A stretch of 64,000 nt of DNA from Lytechinus pictus (Eukaryota): the NCBI RefSeq assembly GCF_037042905.1, contig NC_087251.1, positions 19,284,001-19,348,000 of the forward strand. Direction: 5' to 3'. Positions 38,001 through 47,441 of this stretch are shown piece by piece. Made by a program: the position numbers and the translations under genes. How positions within the stretch are numbered: the first letter of the stretch is position 1; every line of letters starts with the position of its first letter. The notes below the pieces were generated by a model. That model saw only the letters and a program-made list of their open reading frames with translations. It had not been told where the DNA came from and did no database searches.

Positions 38001-41000
38001 TTCTTTGTAGTCCTTTGCCTGTTTACATAGACCACAACGGTCAGCGCCGAAGTCATCGTCTCTGTTCGTCCTTCCGCCAACGCATTCGAAGCAGTAGTTG
38101 ATGTAAGCGTCCCCGTCGCATTCACCAGCGCAATCGGGCTTGGCATCACCGTTGCAGACACCGGCACAGTCTTCACGAGCGGGTCCATTGCATTCACCGG
38201 CACAATCGACGATTCCCTTGCATTCCTCTGTAAACATAAACACAATCAAACTTTCATTATCATATGGAAACATTTTATTCTCAATGTGTAAAAGCTCTAC
38301 AACCAAGGGATAAAACTGAAGGAAAACACAATTGCATGAACAAAATTTAATCATTCATTAATAAAGAACACTCTTTTTGATGAATTTACAAAACATCTAA
38401 ACTCATTCAACATGCCTTAACATCAATTTGATTAGCCCTTCGTGATATTCAGAGCAAATAATTGTTTTAATTCAAGTTATTTTTGCTTCTAAAATCTTTT
38501 TAGACATCAATCATGATTAGAGGTCAGATAAGGATCCTAGACTTAAAACAACAAAAACCGACCAACTATTACTAACCAACAACTTCTTGGGTAAAGGCTT
38601 GTACAACAGATAGGCACATATCGCTCCTGTCTTCAAATCCAATTATGTTCAAAATGTCATCGATGTCCATCCTGAAAGGAGCAGATGATGACCACCATCC
38701 CCATGAGTCCCAATATGAATACCAACTGCTTTCTTCTCCTTCAAAGAGGTCCTCGGATGTGATGAGCTCCTCCATGGTGTCAACGAAACGCTCGCAGCGG
38801 TCTACATTCTCCAAAAGCCCGATCACCTCACCAGCCATACGTTCCATGAACTCTTCAAGATCATCTCTACCGTCGACCATGCTGTCACAGACCCTATCCA
38901 AACTACCCATACCGGTGATGACGCCCAAAACATCGTCCATTACATCAAGAGTCTCTTGTGTGATGACTCGTGGACTATCCCTGAAGTAATGAAAATCCTC
39001 CGCTGATGAATCCCAGTACCACCACTGACCGTAATTGTCCCACCATTGCAATTCTTCAACATAGTCCCGAACCTCCTCAATCTGATCGCAAAACGCCAAC
39101 CCATATTCATCAATTACCCAGAGGCCAACATCAACCATGACACTCCTAACAACGTCTAGAATGCTTTGGTCTGATATCAGTACTTCTTTAATTACACCAC
39201 CCACTTCAACACAGACACCTTGTGGATCTCCTTCTTCAATAACACTGGTATCAAATTCAAAGGTATCAGTGATAAATTCAAAAAATTTATCTAAGTCGAA
39301 CGGACGAAGGGACAGAGGATAGTCTGGTCCATAATAGACTGGAACAATGATTTCTTCACATTCTGATATCAAATCTTGTTGTTCAGAACCGCGCCTGCTG
39401 AAAATCCTACAAAGAGACTCGACTGGGGACATACCGTGGACACGGGTCATGTATTGTTCCATGACATCACAAAATGTTTCACTCATCTCCGGAAAGTTGT
39501 CTGCGTTGTACATTTTAGCTATCATCTTGACAGCCGTTTCGAATGGAATGAGGGGTAGGATCATTCCCGACTCAAAGGCCTGTTCACCAAGATAACCCAA
39601 ATAATCCTCCACGTAACTGTACTCGCTTACATCTGGGAGATTTACAGCACCGACTCTGATCTTATTTGCTGAAAAGGTCTCCACAACGAAAGAGCATACA
39701 TCAGAAGCACTTGAGTATCCTGTCATTTTTTCAAGAGCTTCACTCGTGAGGATTTCAGCATTTATGATTTCGTTGACAAAGTTTCTGCAAGAACGGAGGT
39801 TCGTCGTCATGTCTAGGACGCTGTCCACCATGTTGTCTAGAAAATCATATAGATCTTCTTGGCTGATGTCTGGGTCTCCCGATAAAGAGGCCATCTGTTG
39901 ACACATTTGTTCCTCACTGTTCCAGTCACCAAGATGTCGGAAGATGACCGAGAGGACGTTATCAAGGGAGTCAATTTCAGGGATTTTGTACCACCAGAGC
40001 GTGCTGGATTCGTCGAAAGAGTATGAGACCTCTGAAGACCAGCTAGAAGACCAAGATGATGGCCAAAAATGTCTCCAATCATAGTATCTCCAACAAGTAG
40101 TGCTGTAAAGCCAGGCGCTACTGTAGTGGGCAATAGCTGAAATCAGACCATTGGCCTTTTCTTTTATTCCATCATTATCCAATGAATATAGGTTGGTGTA
40201 GGAATTGCACAATTCATATGGGCCATTGTCGCTGATATTCAATGCGTAAGGAATCGTATCAAATAAACCTTCTAGGAATATATCTTCAAGGTAGTCGTCC
40301 CAATCCTCCCAATCCTCCCAGTCATCGTAATCATCTTCGTGAGAGACTTGGTAGCAGAGTTTGAGGAATTCATAAAAATTTTCATCATCCAAAGCCTGGC
40401 ACATTTCTGTCGCAACTCTATCCATTAACGCATCTGGAACAGTCTCGCAGAATATGAGAGCACCTTCTCGTAAATTATCGGCCTGGTATATTCGACCTGC
40501 AAGCTGGATCCAAATTTCGATTGGAACCCTTTCTATGACGTATGGATCAATTGGATTCCATTCACCTTCATAACTGGATCCCCACCACCATGAAGAGCTT
40601 GACCACCACCAAGAAGATGACGACCACGAATATGACGATGATGACCATGGAAAGGACGATGAAGACAGCGATGAAGATGACCATGAAAAGGACGATGAAG
40701 ACGGCGATGAAGATGACCATGAAAAGGAGGATGACGGAGATGAAGATGACCATGAAGAGGAGGATGACGGAGATGAAGATGACCATGAAGAGGATGACGG
40801 AGATGAAGATGACCATGAAGAGGATGACGGAGATGAAGATGACCATGAAGAGGATGACGGAGATGAAGATGACCATGAAGAGGATGACGGAGATGAAGAT
40901 GACCATGAAGAGGATGACGGAGATGAAGATGACCATGAAGAGGAGGATGACGGAGATGAAGATGACCATGAAGAGGAGAATGACGGAGATGAAGATGACC

Positions 41001-42606
41001 ATGAAGAGGAATACGATAGAGATGAAGAAGACCAGGAGGACAGCGAACTCCAAGATGAAGAAGACCATGATGAAGACCAGCTATAGGAAGATGAAGGGAA
41101 TGAAGACCATGAATATGAACTTTCCTCTGGGAACGATGAAGGAAATTCAATATCAAAATCGGCATCTTCGTCGAAAGAATCAATAATTGACGTACAGAAC
41201 TCAGATTGAGTGATGTTGATGAAGCTGAATGTCATGTTCATCAAGTCTGGGGCCTCTTCCACAAGATTTTCTAGCATGCTTTCACAGAATGATGCCGAAG
41301 AAACAAGTTCAAATAGATTCGATTTCATTGTATTTAATATGCCATCAAGTGCATCGCGATCCCCATTCTTTTCATCAAGAGCTGCTTGGACGATATTATC
41401 ACAATAATCATCTTTGTTTGAATAGTCACCGAGAGTCATCATCACATTGGATACAAAATCATGAATGGAAAAATCGGGGAAATACCAGCTACTGCCGCTA
41501 AAAGAGTCTATGTAAGAGCTTTCCGACCATGAGCTGCTGAATCCAGAACCCCTTCGACATTTGTTAATCTCATCGGAGAGGACGAGTATGATGAAATCAT
41601 AAGCGAATTCATCCATTATGTCGCTAACGCTGCTTGAATCATACTGCATGGTACCGGTCACTCCACGACAAACAGAATGGTCGCTATTCGGATCAACAAT
41701 GCCAAGGGCATCCGTGAACTGATCGAAGATAAAGTCCAATTCTCCACCTCCATCATCCCAGTCTGATTCCCACCACCAGTCGTCAGATCCGGACCACCAT
41801 TCGGAATACTCCCATTCTGAATCCCAATCCCACCAAGATGACCAGGAACTCCACCAGGACCAGGATGACCAGGACGGTGAACTCCAGGATGAATCCGACC
41901 AAGACCAAGAGGAAGATGACCATGATGACGAGGACCAAGACGATGAAGACCATGATTCCGAGGACCAAGACGAAGAAGACCATGATGACGAGGACCAAGA
42001 CGAAGATGACCATGATGACGAGGACCAAGACGATGAAGACCATGATGACGAGGACGAAGACCCTTGAGAGGACACGGCAGATGAAGATCCACCTCTTCTA
42101 TAGCGGCCTTCATCTTCAATATCGAAATCTCCCTCAGCTAGTCCTATGATACCTTCACATACCCCATTGAAATCGGCATCCTGCGGATCATCAACGAGAG
42201 TCTCACAAAGGAATGTTGTCATCTCTTCTGGAAGGAACTCTCCAAGAAATTCGAAATTGTCGCACATTATTCCGATGGATTCCGATATGGTGTCGGCATT
42301 GATGGCCTGGCCGAGTGCCTGTATCACTTCATGAATATCCACAGGGAAGTCGAACCAGCTTCCTTCGGACGAATACCGCCACCATGACGATCCATACCAG
42401 GATGAATCCCACCACCATGAAGATCCACCATATGATGATCCCCACCACCAAGAAGAATCATACGACGATCCCCACCACGAATCCCATGAAGATCCCCACC
42501 ATGACGAATCCCACCCATATGAAGAATCACCCCAATACCACGAACTGGAATCCGCCTTTACAGTAGCTGCTCCAAGGAGCAGGACTAGTAGAAACAGGCA
42601 CCGCAT
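7605..42606 (-). CDS. Whole gene model: 28-exon, ~2945-aa single-pass REJ/GAIN-GPS (polycystin-1/REJ family-like) membrane protein
   Basis: Hand-spliced exons sum to 8838 nt (2945 aa + stop); all 27 introns are GT..AG with matching phases. Order: signal peptide, novel repeats, Cys-rich repeats, IPT-like x2, REJ-like, GAIN/GPS, TM, Pro-rich tail. Confidence 0.85.
8959..9122 (-). CDS. REJ/GPS gene exon 27: single transmembrane helix
   Basis: cag acceptor, gtaagt donor; [28 protein letters not shown] followed by basic KINKR. Confidence 0.9.
9992..10236. mobile_element. Short MITE (CAGGGGTGGATCCAGG-type ends)
   Basis: caggggtggatccagg at 9992 and inverted cctggatccgggcctg ending 10236; no clear TSD. 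Confidence 0.5.
10307..10330 (-). CDS. REJ/GPS gene exon 26: 24-nt microexon (TDELEGLT)
   Basis: Long polypyrimidine tract + tag acceptor, gtaagt donor, phase 1-1. Confidence 0.7.
10912..12838. mobile_element. Non-autonomous TIR element (CGGCCGTA-rich arms) with a nested G/C-tract repeat at ~11254..12440
   Basis: taataccttggtcacatttgct at 10912 and its inverse agcaaatgtgaccaaggtatta ending 12838; repeated tacggcggccgta motifs in both arms; TA/TWA target ambiguous. Confidence 0.75.
13108..13356 (-). CDS. REJ/GPS gene exon 25: GPS motif and S/T/P stalk
   Basis: [16 protein letters not shown]...[11 protein letters not shown]; cag/gtgagt sites, phase 1-1. Confidence 0.92.
14034..14197 (-). CDS. 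REJ/GPS gene exon 24 (GAIN region)
   Basis: aag acceptor, gtaagt donor, phase 2-1; [10 protein letters not shown]...ELSNPST. Confidence 0.85.
14724..14909 (-). CDS. REJ/GPS gene exon 23
   Basis: cag/gtacgt, phase 2-2; [17 protein letters not shown]...ELNS. Confidence 0.85.
15353..15509 (-). CDS. REJ/GPS gene exon 22
   Basis: cag/gtatgt, phase 1-2; [14 protein letters not shown]...MLNKI. Confidence 0.85.
15838..15960 (+). mobile_element. tRNA-derived SINE head
   Basis: GGTGCCGTGGCCGAGTGGTCTAAGGC (A box) and GGGTTTGATCCCC (B box); cloverleaf incomplete. Confidence 0.65.
16179..16409 (-). CDS. REJ/GPS gene exon 21 (helical region, RRRR furin-like site)
   Basis: cag/gtaaga, phase 1-1; [29 protein letters not shown]...LADQ. 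Confidence 0.85.
16865..17022 (+). repeat. (GAA/GGA)n polypurine microsatellite
   Basis: Seen directly. Confidence 0.85.
17088..17214 (-). CDS. REJ/GPS gene exon 20
   Basis: aag acceptor, gttaga donor, phase 0-1; [14 protein letters not shown]...KTFA; needed to reconcile phases of exons 19 and 21. Confidence 0.8.
17643..17825 (-). CDS. REJ/GPS gene exon 19 (REJ-like)
   Basis: cag/gtgagt, phase 0-0; [21 protein letters not shown]...YVIT. Confidence 0.87.
18343..18491 (-). CDS. REJ/GPS gene exon 18 (REJ-like)
   Basis: cag/gtcagt, phase 1-0; [16 protein letters not shown]...GPTSCEF. Confidence 0.87.
19193..19297 (-). CDS. REJ/GPS gene exon 17
   Basis: cag/gttaga, phase 1-1; [14 protein letters not shown]...ITIDK. 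Confidence 0.85.
19471..19638 (-). mobile_element. Candidate SINE with 7SL-RNA (Alu-domain)-like head
   Basis: 5' ACTGGGCGTTGTGGCGTGCGCCTGTAATCCAAGCT resembles the SRP RNA 5' end; B box GGTTCGAGCCC; SINE core-like TTTCGGATGGTGACGTTAAAGGTCGGTCCC; (CA)n tail. Confidence 0.7.
19973..20099 (-). CDS. REJ/GPS gene exon 16
   Basis: tag/gtaaat, phase 0-1; [14 protein letters not shown]...VDTTS. Confidence 0.85.
20118..20295 (-). mobile_element. Degenerate tRNA-derived SINE
   Basis: B-box-like GCTCGAAACCC, LINE-like 3' end and (ATT)n tail. Confidence 0.5.
20728..20940 (-). CDS. REJ/GPS gene exon 15 (REJ-like)
   Basis: cag/gtatat, phase 0-0; TTDNSACW...[14 protein letters not shown]...GNPPK. Confidence 0.88.
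21479..21711 (-). CDS. REJ/GPS gene exon 14 (REJ-like)
   Basis: cag/gtgagg, phase 1-0; [16 protein letters not shown] is a typical REJ/PKD motif. Confidence 0.9.
22275..22426 (-). CDS. REJ/GPS gene exon 13
   Basis: cag/gtgaga, phase 2-1; [13 protein letters not shown]...GSLP. Confidence 0.87.
22610..22875 (+). mobile_element. Degenerate tRNA-derived SINE
   Basis: GGTCCAGTGG A box, GGGTTTGAAGTCCC B box, core-like ccatcgacccag, (ATT)n tail. Confidence 0.55.
23232..23445 (-). CDS. REJ/GPS gene exon 12 (REJ-like)
   Basis: tag/gtaagt, phase 1-2; [22 protein letters not shown]. Confidence 0.9.
23740..24012 (-). CDS. REJ/GPS gene exon 11
   Basis: cag/gtaagg, phase 1-1; [38 protein letters not shown]. 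Confidence 0.9.
24291..24461 (-). CDS. REJ/GPS gene exon 10
   Basis: aag/gtgagt, phase 1-1; AFLWVEF...LGKGAWCIW. Confidence 0.85.
25099..25296 (-). CDS. REJ/GPS gene exon 9
   Basis: cag/gtaggc, phase 1-1; ETVWMSAG...SINGQD...AQFSST. Confidence 0.87.
26093..26254 (-). CDS. REJ/GPS gene exon 8 (second IPT/TIG-like start)
   Basis: cag/gtaagt, phase 1-1; [13 protein letters not shown]. Confidence 0.87.
26598..26672 (-). CDS. REJ/GPS gene exon 7
   Basis: cag/gtaagt, phase 1-1; [24 protein letters not shown]. Confidence 0.85.
27099..27243 (-). CDS. REJ/GPS gene exon 6 (IPT/TIG-like)
   Basis: cag/gtaagt, phase 0-1; [18 protein letters not shown] pattern. Confidence 0.9.
27565..28922 (+). mobile_element. 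5'-truncated, frameshifted non-LTR retrotransposon (CR1/L2 group) in intron 5
   Basis: RT motifs [20 protein letters not shown] and LFADDT from 27588; frameshift near 27750; ORF 27793..28524 (LNVKKT, FLGVYI, YCNILW); 3'UTR and (AATA)n tail at ~28890..28922. Confidence 0.93.
29217..29319 (-). CDS. REJ/GPS gene exon 5
   Basis: cag/gtgagt, phase 2-0; [29 protein letters not shown]. Confidence 0.88.
29566..29719 (-). CDS. REJ/GPS gene exon 4 (Cys-rich)
   Basis: tag/gtacat, phase 1-2; [12 protein letters not shown]...CAGCDGVPA. Confidence 0.88.
33490..34060. mobile_element. Older palindromic MITE related to the 34417 family
   Basis: aattttcatcaaaatctga (~33556) and inverted ttgatgaaattttcagtg (~33988); shared tgatgtca/tgacatca internal motifs. 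Confidence 0.5.
34126..35023. mobile_element. CAGTGGCGTA-ended MITE hosting a nested element
   Basis: cagcggcgta at 34126 and tacgccacta ending 35023. Confidence 0.5.
34417..34968. mobile_element. Palindromic MITE with TTAA|AGG end (Kolobok-like)
   Basis: ~150-bp arms: aggtcaagtccacccc..catcaaaatcggatgtaaaataagaaagttat versus ataactttcttattttacatccgattttgat..ggggtggatttgtcct. Confidence 0.8.
35063..35299. mobile_element. hAT-like MITE
   Basis: 11-bp TIR cagtggcgtac / gtacgccactg; degenerate 8-bp flanks atatcctg / atttccgg. Confidence 0.65.
36128..36298 (-). CDS. REJ/GPS gene exon 3 (Cys-rich)
   Basis: tag/gtaggt, phase 1-1; [37 protein letters not shown]. Confidence 0.88.
36682..36810 (+). 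repeat. (ATT/ATC)n microsatellite
   Basis: Seen directly. Confidence 0.85.
36904..37917 (-). mobile_element. Helentron-associated (HINE/DINE-1-like) non-autonomous element with about five internal 140-190-bp tandem units
   Basis: Subterminal inverted repeats gtctcgcctgcat (36927) / atgcaggcgagac (37903), terminal hairpin, T-rich insertion site, repeated tgacctttgacc..tgtccaagtttcatgaactag units; second copy at 47667. Confidence 0.8.
37937..38227 (-). CDS. REJ/GPS gene exon 2 (DCAGxCxG Cys-rich repeats)
   Basis: cag/gtaggt, phase 1-1; [32 protein letters not shown]. Confidence 0.9.
38577..42606 (-). CDS. REJ/GPS gene exon 1 (4030 nt): signal peptide, Ser/Trp repeats, three 8-Cys acidic modules
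   Basis: ATG in accatcATG context; [18 protein letters not shown] signal peptide; G|gttagt donor after 38577, phase 1, matching exon 2. Confidence 0.9.
40570..41130 (-). repeat. Coding minisatellite (30/33-bp unit encoding [10 protein letters not shown])
   Basis: Six identical aggatgacggagatgaagatgaccatgaag units at 40761..40940, flanked by diverged 33-bp variants. Confidence 0.95.
41760..42090 (-). repeat. Coding tandem repeat (15/30-bp unit encoding SSSSW)
   Basis: gaccatgatgacgaggaccaagacgaNgaN units at ~41900..42060. Confidence 0.9.
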
Positions 42607-45600
42607 GATGGTGCCGATTATAAAAAAATTAATCTTGCATCCACAAAGAAAGGGACATAATGTTTCTCTACATCCAAACTAAAAGTACACGAAGACGTCC
42701 GTCTACATGGACTGTAATGGCGTATAATAGATTAGTATTGCAAAGAGAGTGCAGTTCGTTCCCTCTCCAGATCGCCAATCAATATCTGATGTTTCGTTGT
42801 GCTACACTTTATCGAAAAGAGGAAAGAGTTGGATATTGATTAAGACAACGAGATCAATATTTGGGGGGGCTGTGGACTTATGACGTGCATTCAGTTGCAG
42901 AATAAAAGTTTTTGTTGTGTTAAACAGGTGCGTCACAGTATAAATGGAGAGATGGAATGAAATCGAAGCTATCAATGATGTTACAACTGGGACCGAAGAT
43001 TTTGTCCTAGACTAGGTGATCTTGTGTATTAAAACGTGGATGGAAAAGTTGATATCAATACTCCTAGTTGGTTTTATAATTTGAGAAAAATCTAATATTA
43101 CTTTCACGTATTACTGATAAACATTGAACAACGAGAGAAATCCATTCAATCTGCCGTGTTATCCAAGCATTCCTTCGGTCCGGAGTTTAGTCTCTCTTTT
43201 CAAATGGAAACCCAACCTTGGTCGTGAGAGGGGGAAATAAAGAAAAATAAAATGTCGAAAGTTTGAAAGAAATTGGGCAATATAGTAAAGTAAGTAAGGA
43301 CTGTTTTAAAAACGAGATCAATAAGACGATGTAAAATGCAAATTTGCAACTTAGTAAGCAAAGTAGGATAAGTGGTAGGGACAAATTTCCCATAGGCTGT
43401 GTACTCAATTATCAGAGAATTGTGGTTTTCTCATTAGTACGTATTCCCCTTGGGCAATAGAAATTGAAATTGAAATTGAAAAGGTTTTATTGAAATTATT
43501 GCACTTTGCAGCCAAAAGGCTGAATTGCGTACAATTTACAGGCATATATACATAGAGTGTACAGATTTAAAAACATCAAACTTGAAATCATGACGAAAAT
43601 ATAATGCAAGTATATAGTCGAAATATAACACAGATATCTTATTGTTCTGTATCCTCATGAAAAAAAATATATATAATTAGAATTTAACGTTTAAAAACTC
43701 CACATTTTAGCCATTTTGTGTTTTGGGGCAAATGAAAAAAATATTTTTTAGCTTAAATCATTAGTACATTAATTCAAAGTCTCCAAAGTTGTAATAATTA
43801 CAATTTCTTACAACTTGAGGAATCATAACTTTCTTATCGTTGTCCATTTTTCATACATTCACCTATCTTCTTGTCTGGTTTTCTTTTTCCTCAAAGGATA
43901 ACTTTTTTTATTTGGGTAGGATTTCCCTTTAACTCTTCGACCTAATTATTATTTTGCTTAAATCTTTTGACATCCCGGTACATGAGTTCTTGGCATTGTT
44001 TTATATATAGGTTTTTCTCTTGGCCTAGTTCCTCTTCTAAACTATCATTTAAAATCCATGGGGGCTGCGTGGATTTTAACGGAAAGTTATAAACTTTATC
44101 TTATTTAACCTGTTTCTTAAAATAATCACTAGCTTCTGAATTCAATTGATTAGAAGAATGAAATGAAATTTTTAATGACAATAATAATAATATTTGAAAT
44201 ATAGCGCATAATAGTCAAATGTATTATAGCATAATAGTCATGCGCTGTACAAAATATCAATTTACTAAATTATACATTAAACCTAATTCAAACTATCAAT
44301 TAAACCTAAACCTCAAATATTTCATACATATAAGAACAAATATAAAAATAACATAATAAATGAAAACTAATAATATCTAACAACATACTATATTGAACAT
44401 TATTAACATTATTTTGAAAATAATTAGGTCTTGAGGACAGATTTAAATATGGAAAATGTAGTGCCAAATAGATTTATGAAAGATGTAGGTCTGAATTTTA
44501 ATGATAAGGCAACATAACATAGTGCTTTACGCTTCCATGCTGGATTAAACAAATAGTACAAATTAAGTTTAACTTCAGTTTACGTAATATTGTTTTTTTA
44601 ATCAGTGAGGAAACAGTTGGATATTGTATACAACCATGACTTGGCTCACTGCGATTACTAATCTTCAAAACTCAATTTTCTTTAAAGCATCCAATCGTTG
44701 CAAAAAAGCTGAAAAATAAAATCCCGAGAAAATTAACACGCAACACGAGGGGCCTGGCAACTATTTTTGAAGAGGGGGCGCTGGTTTGGAAAAAAATGAA
44801 AGGAAAAAAAAAGGTTTCGCTCCAAAAAAAAGACGAAATTCTTTGGGTCAATTTTCTGCAATTTAGCGTGCCAACCTGATTTCCAGGGATTGCTGCTTAT
44901 GGGGTACAAATTGGGTACAACATACGCAGCATCCCGCTTTCCAGGGCCATGGCAATAACAGATGCTGCCGACCCCCCCCCCCCCCAAAAAAAAAAAAAAA
45001 AAAAAAAAAAAACGGCTAAACTGCTCTTCTTCAATAAAAAAAATCCATAGAGCAAATCCATATTTCTTTTAATTTTATTATCATTGACAGAAGACTTAAT
45101 CTCTCATAAGCGTATTCGTAATTAATGAACAGTTACAGGGATTAGGCACAATAAAAAAGAGTTCATCTTTTGACCGATGGTAGACTTTTATAGAAAATGA
45201 TAGACATAACTGGAATTAAACATATTCCGAGGAGCCCTTGACAGGGAAATATGTTCTGTTTTATTAATTTGTTTTATATTTTCTTTGTTTATATTATATC
45301 AACAGACAGGAGAGGATTCTGAAAGTTAATGAAATGATACTGTAGGGGGCGCTATTTAGAATAGATAAAAGCGGCCCTTGAATGTAAAAAAATATTTAAA
45401 AAAGGAGGGGAGATTTCGAAAGAAAATATACTTGGCATTGTAAATCAGAAAAGATATAGTTGGAAACAAAAAGGACACTGGAAAAAAGTGATAAAAATGA
45501 GGCATCGGAAAAAAACATTGTTTGAAAATACTGGCCACACTAATTTAGTTTTGATAAGAAATCAGGCACTTGGAGAGGAGTACGCTACATTTGTGAGACC

Positions 45601-45628
45601 GCCCGAGCTCGTCATCTGTCATGATTCC

Positions 45629-46230
45629 TTAAAGGTCGAGTCCACCCAAAAAAGGTTCGATTTGAATCAATAGAGAAAAATTAAACAAGGATAACACTGG
45701 AAATTTCATCAAAATCGGATGTAAAATAAGAAAGTTATGACGCTTTAAAATTTCGCTTATTTTTCATATAACAGTTATAAGCACATCCAGGTCGGTATGT
45801 AATTCAGGTGACTGATGACGTCATCCACTCACTATTTCTTTTGTATTTTACATGAAATATGAAGTATTCTAATTTTCTCCTCATTTTCGAGTAAAACATG
45901 TGGGATTACTAATATTTTAACATTTTATGGTTCAGACAAGTTGCCCCTTGTCACATCGGTAAAAATTTTAATATTGTATAACTCAGTAACATGTAAATGA
46001 GAGAGTCGATGATGTCCCTCATTCACTTTTACTTTTGTTTTTTATTGTTTGAATTATACAATATATCATTTTTTTACAGATTTAACAATAAGGACAAACT
46101 TGACTGAACAATATAATGTAAAACATTTGTTATCCCACATGTCTAGGGAGGAATAAAGCTTTGATTCATGGGACAATGAGGAGAAAATGAGAATATCTCA
46201 TATTTCACATGAAAAATAGTAAGTGAGTGA
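45629..46230. mobile_element. Truncated copy of the Kolobok-like MITE family
   Basis: ttaaaggtcgagtccaccc..catcaaaatcggatgtaaaataagaaagttatgac matches 34413 onward; right arm missing. Confidence 0.75.
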
Positions 46231-46829
46231 ATAGTATATAGCCTGCATAGTGAAATTAGGGAAATGGGCTGATAGTAATGATTACATGTTATTCAAACGG
46301 ATGGATTGGGGTGGGAGGCATCTGAAAGAGTGAACGAGTAGCTCTTAGAAACTGGGAAACGAAATCTATATCAACGCCATCTATCGGTGATATCGATCCA
46401 AGTGTTTGGGTCTCGAAGTGAGCGAAATAAAAGTGCAAGAAAACGACGGGGGGGGGGAACTAGTTATGTTGCAATTTTAAAATATCATAAGATGAATTTA
46501 GAATGTTTTGATATTGTTCCGAAATCACAGATGCTAAACCTACATGCTTGTAAATGAACACAACGTAACAAATTATGATCAAATCAAAGCAGTCCACGTT
46601 GTGAAGATACTAATTCGGCATACGTGTTCTTTATTCAATTTACGTATTTTGAATAACAATCATAAAACAAAACATTCTGAATGTTTAAGGCAACAGTATA
46701 TTATTTTTACTGCAAAATATAGCCGATAAAGTAACAGCATATATGAGCAGGTTATAATAGTAACATGAAATTCATAGATCCTGTGGTAAAAAGACAATTG
46801 ATGAGCTAACGATTAACATGGCAATCAAG

Positions 46830-47441
46830 CAACGTTGCCAGAACTGGCATAATTATGCTTTCTGGCATAATTTCGACCCTTTCAGCAAAATTCATTATGC
46901 TGACATAATTCTGGCATAATTATACTTTTTTAAGCAAAGAATCTGGCATAATAATAGCATATTTAGCATAATTTTGATCGATTTTTTTCCCCACATGTTC
47001 TTTTTCATTTTTCACATTTCTACTAACTAATGAACGACGCCAGCACCGACAGAAGTGGGGGAAATCGTTCACATGCATGCATCCACTCCTTAGGTTGATA
47101 ACCTTTGTTTTTTTTTTTGCTTGTCAAAAAATTTTGGTTTGCCACTCCTAAAATTTAGGTTGATAACCTTTTTTTAAATTTATTTATTTTTATTTATTTA
47201 TTTTTTTTGCTTGTCAAAATTTTTTACTTATAGCCACTCCTAAAATTTAGGTTTATAACCTTTTTATTTATTTTTATTATTTTTTTTGTTTGTAAAAAAT
47301 TTTGGTTAGCCACTCCTAAAATTTATGCTAACCTTTTTTTTTTGGGCTTGTCAAAAAAACCGGTTTGGCATAATTTTTCGCGATTTAGCATAATTTCGCT
47401 GCTCCTCTAGCATAATTTGATTTTTTTCGCTGGCAACGCTG
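46830..47441. mobile_element. Non-autonomous hAT element with perfect 8-bp TSD
   Basis: TSD caatcaag at 46822-46829 and 47442-47449; TIR caacgttgccag / ctggcaacgctg; repeated subterminal GCATAATT; four internal tandem units at ~47082..47360. Confidence 0.9.

Noticed and set aside
40533..42149. Overlapping His-rich, MKMTMK and hydrophobic ORFs; CRISPR-like 30-bp array
   Set aside because: Alternative frames of a stop-free coding minisatellite; units are head-to-tail with no unique spacers and the context is eukaryotic.
38572..42606. Stand-alone single-exon 1344-aa gene
   Set aside because: A GTTAGT donor just before the stop is in phase with the next exon, and the downstream exons have no other signal-peptide exon; kept only as a possible minor isoform.
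42660..42960. Core promoter of the receptor gene (TATA-, CCAAT-, CRE-like words)
   Set aside because: Motifs are short and their spacing is not convincing; needs TSS data.
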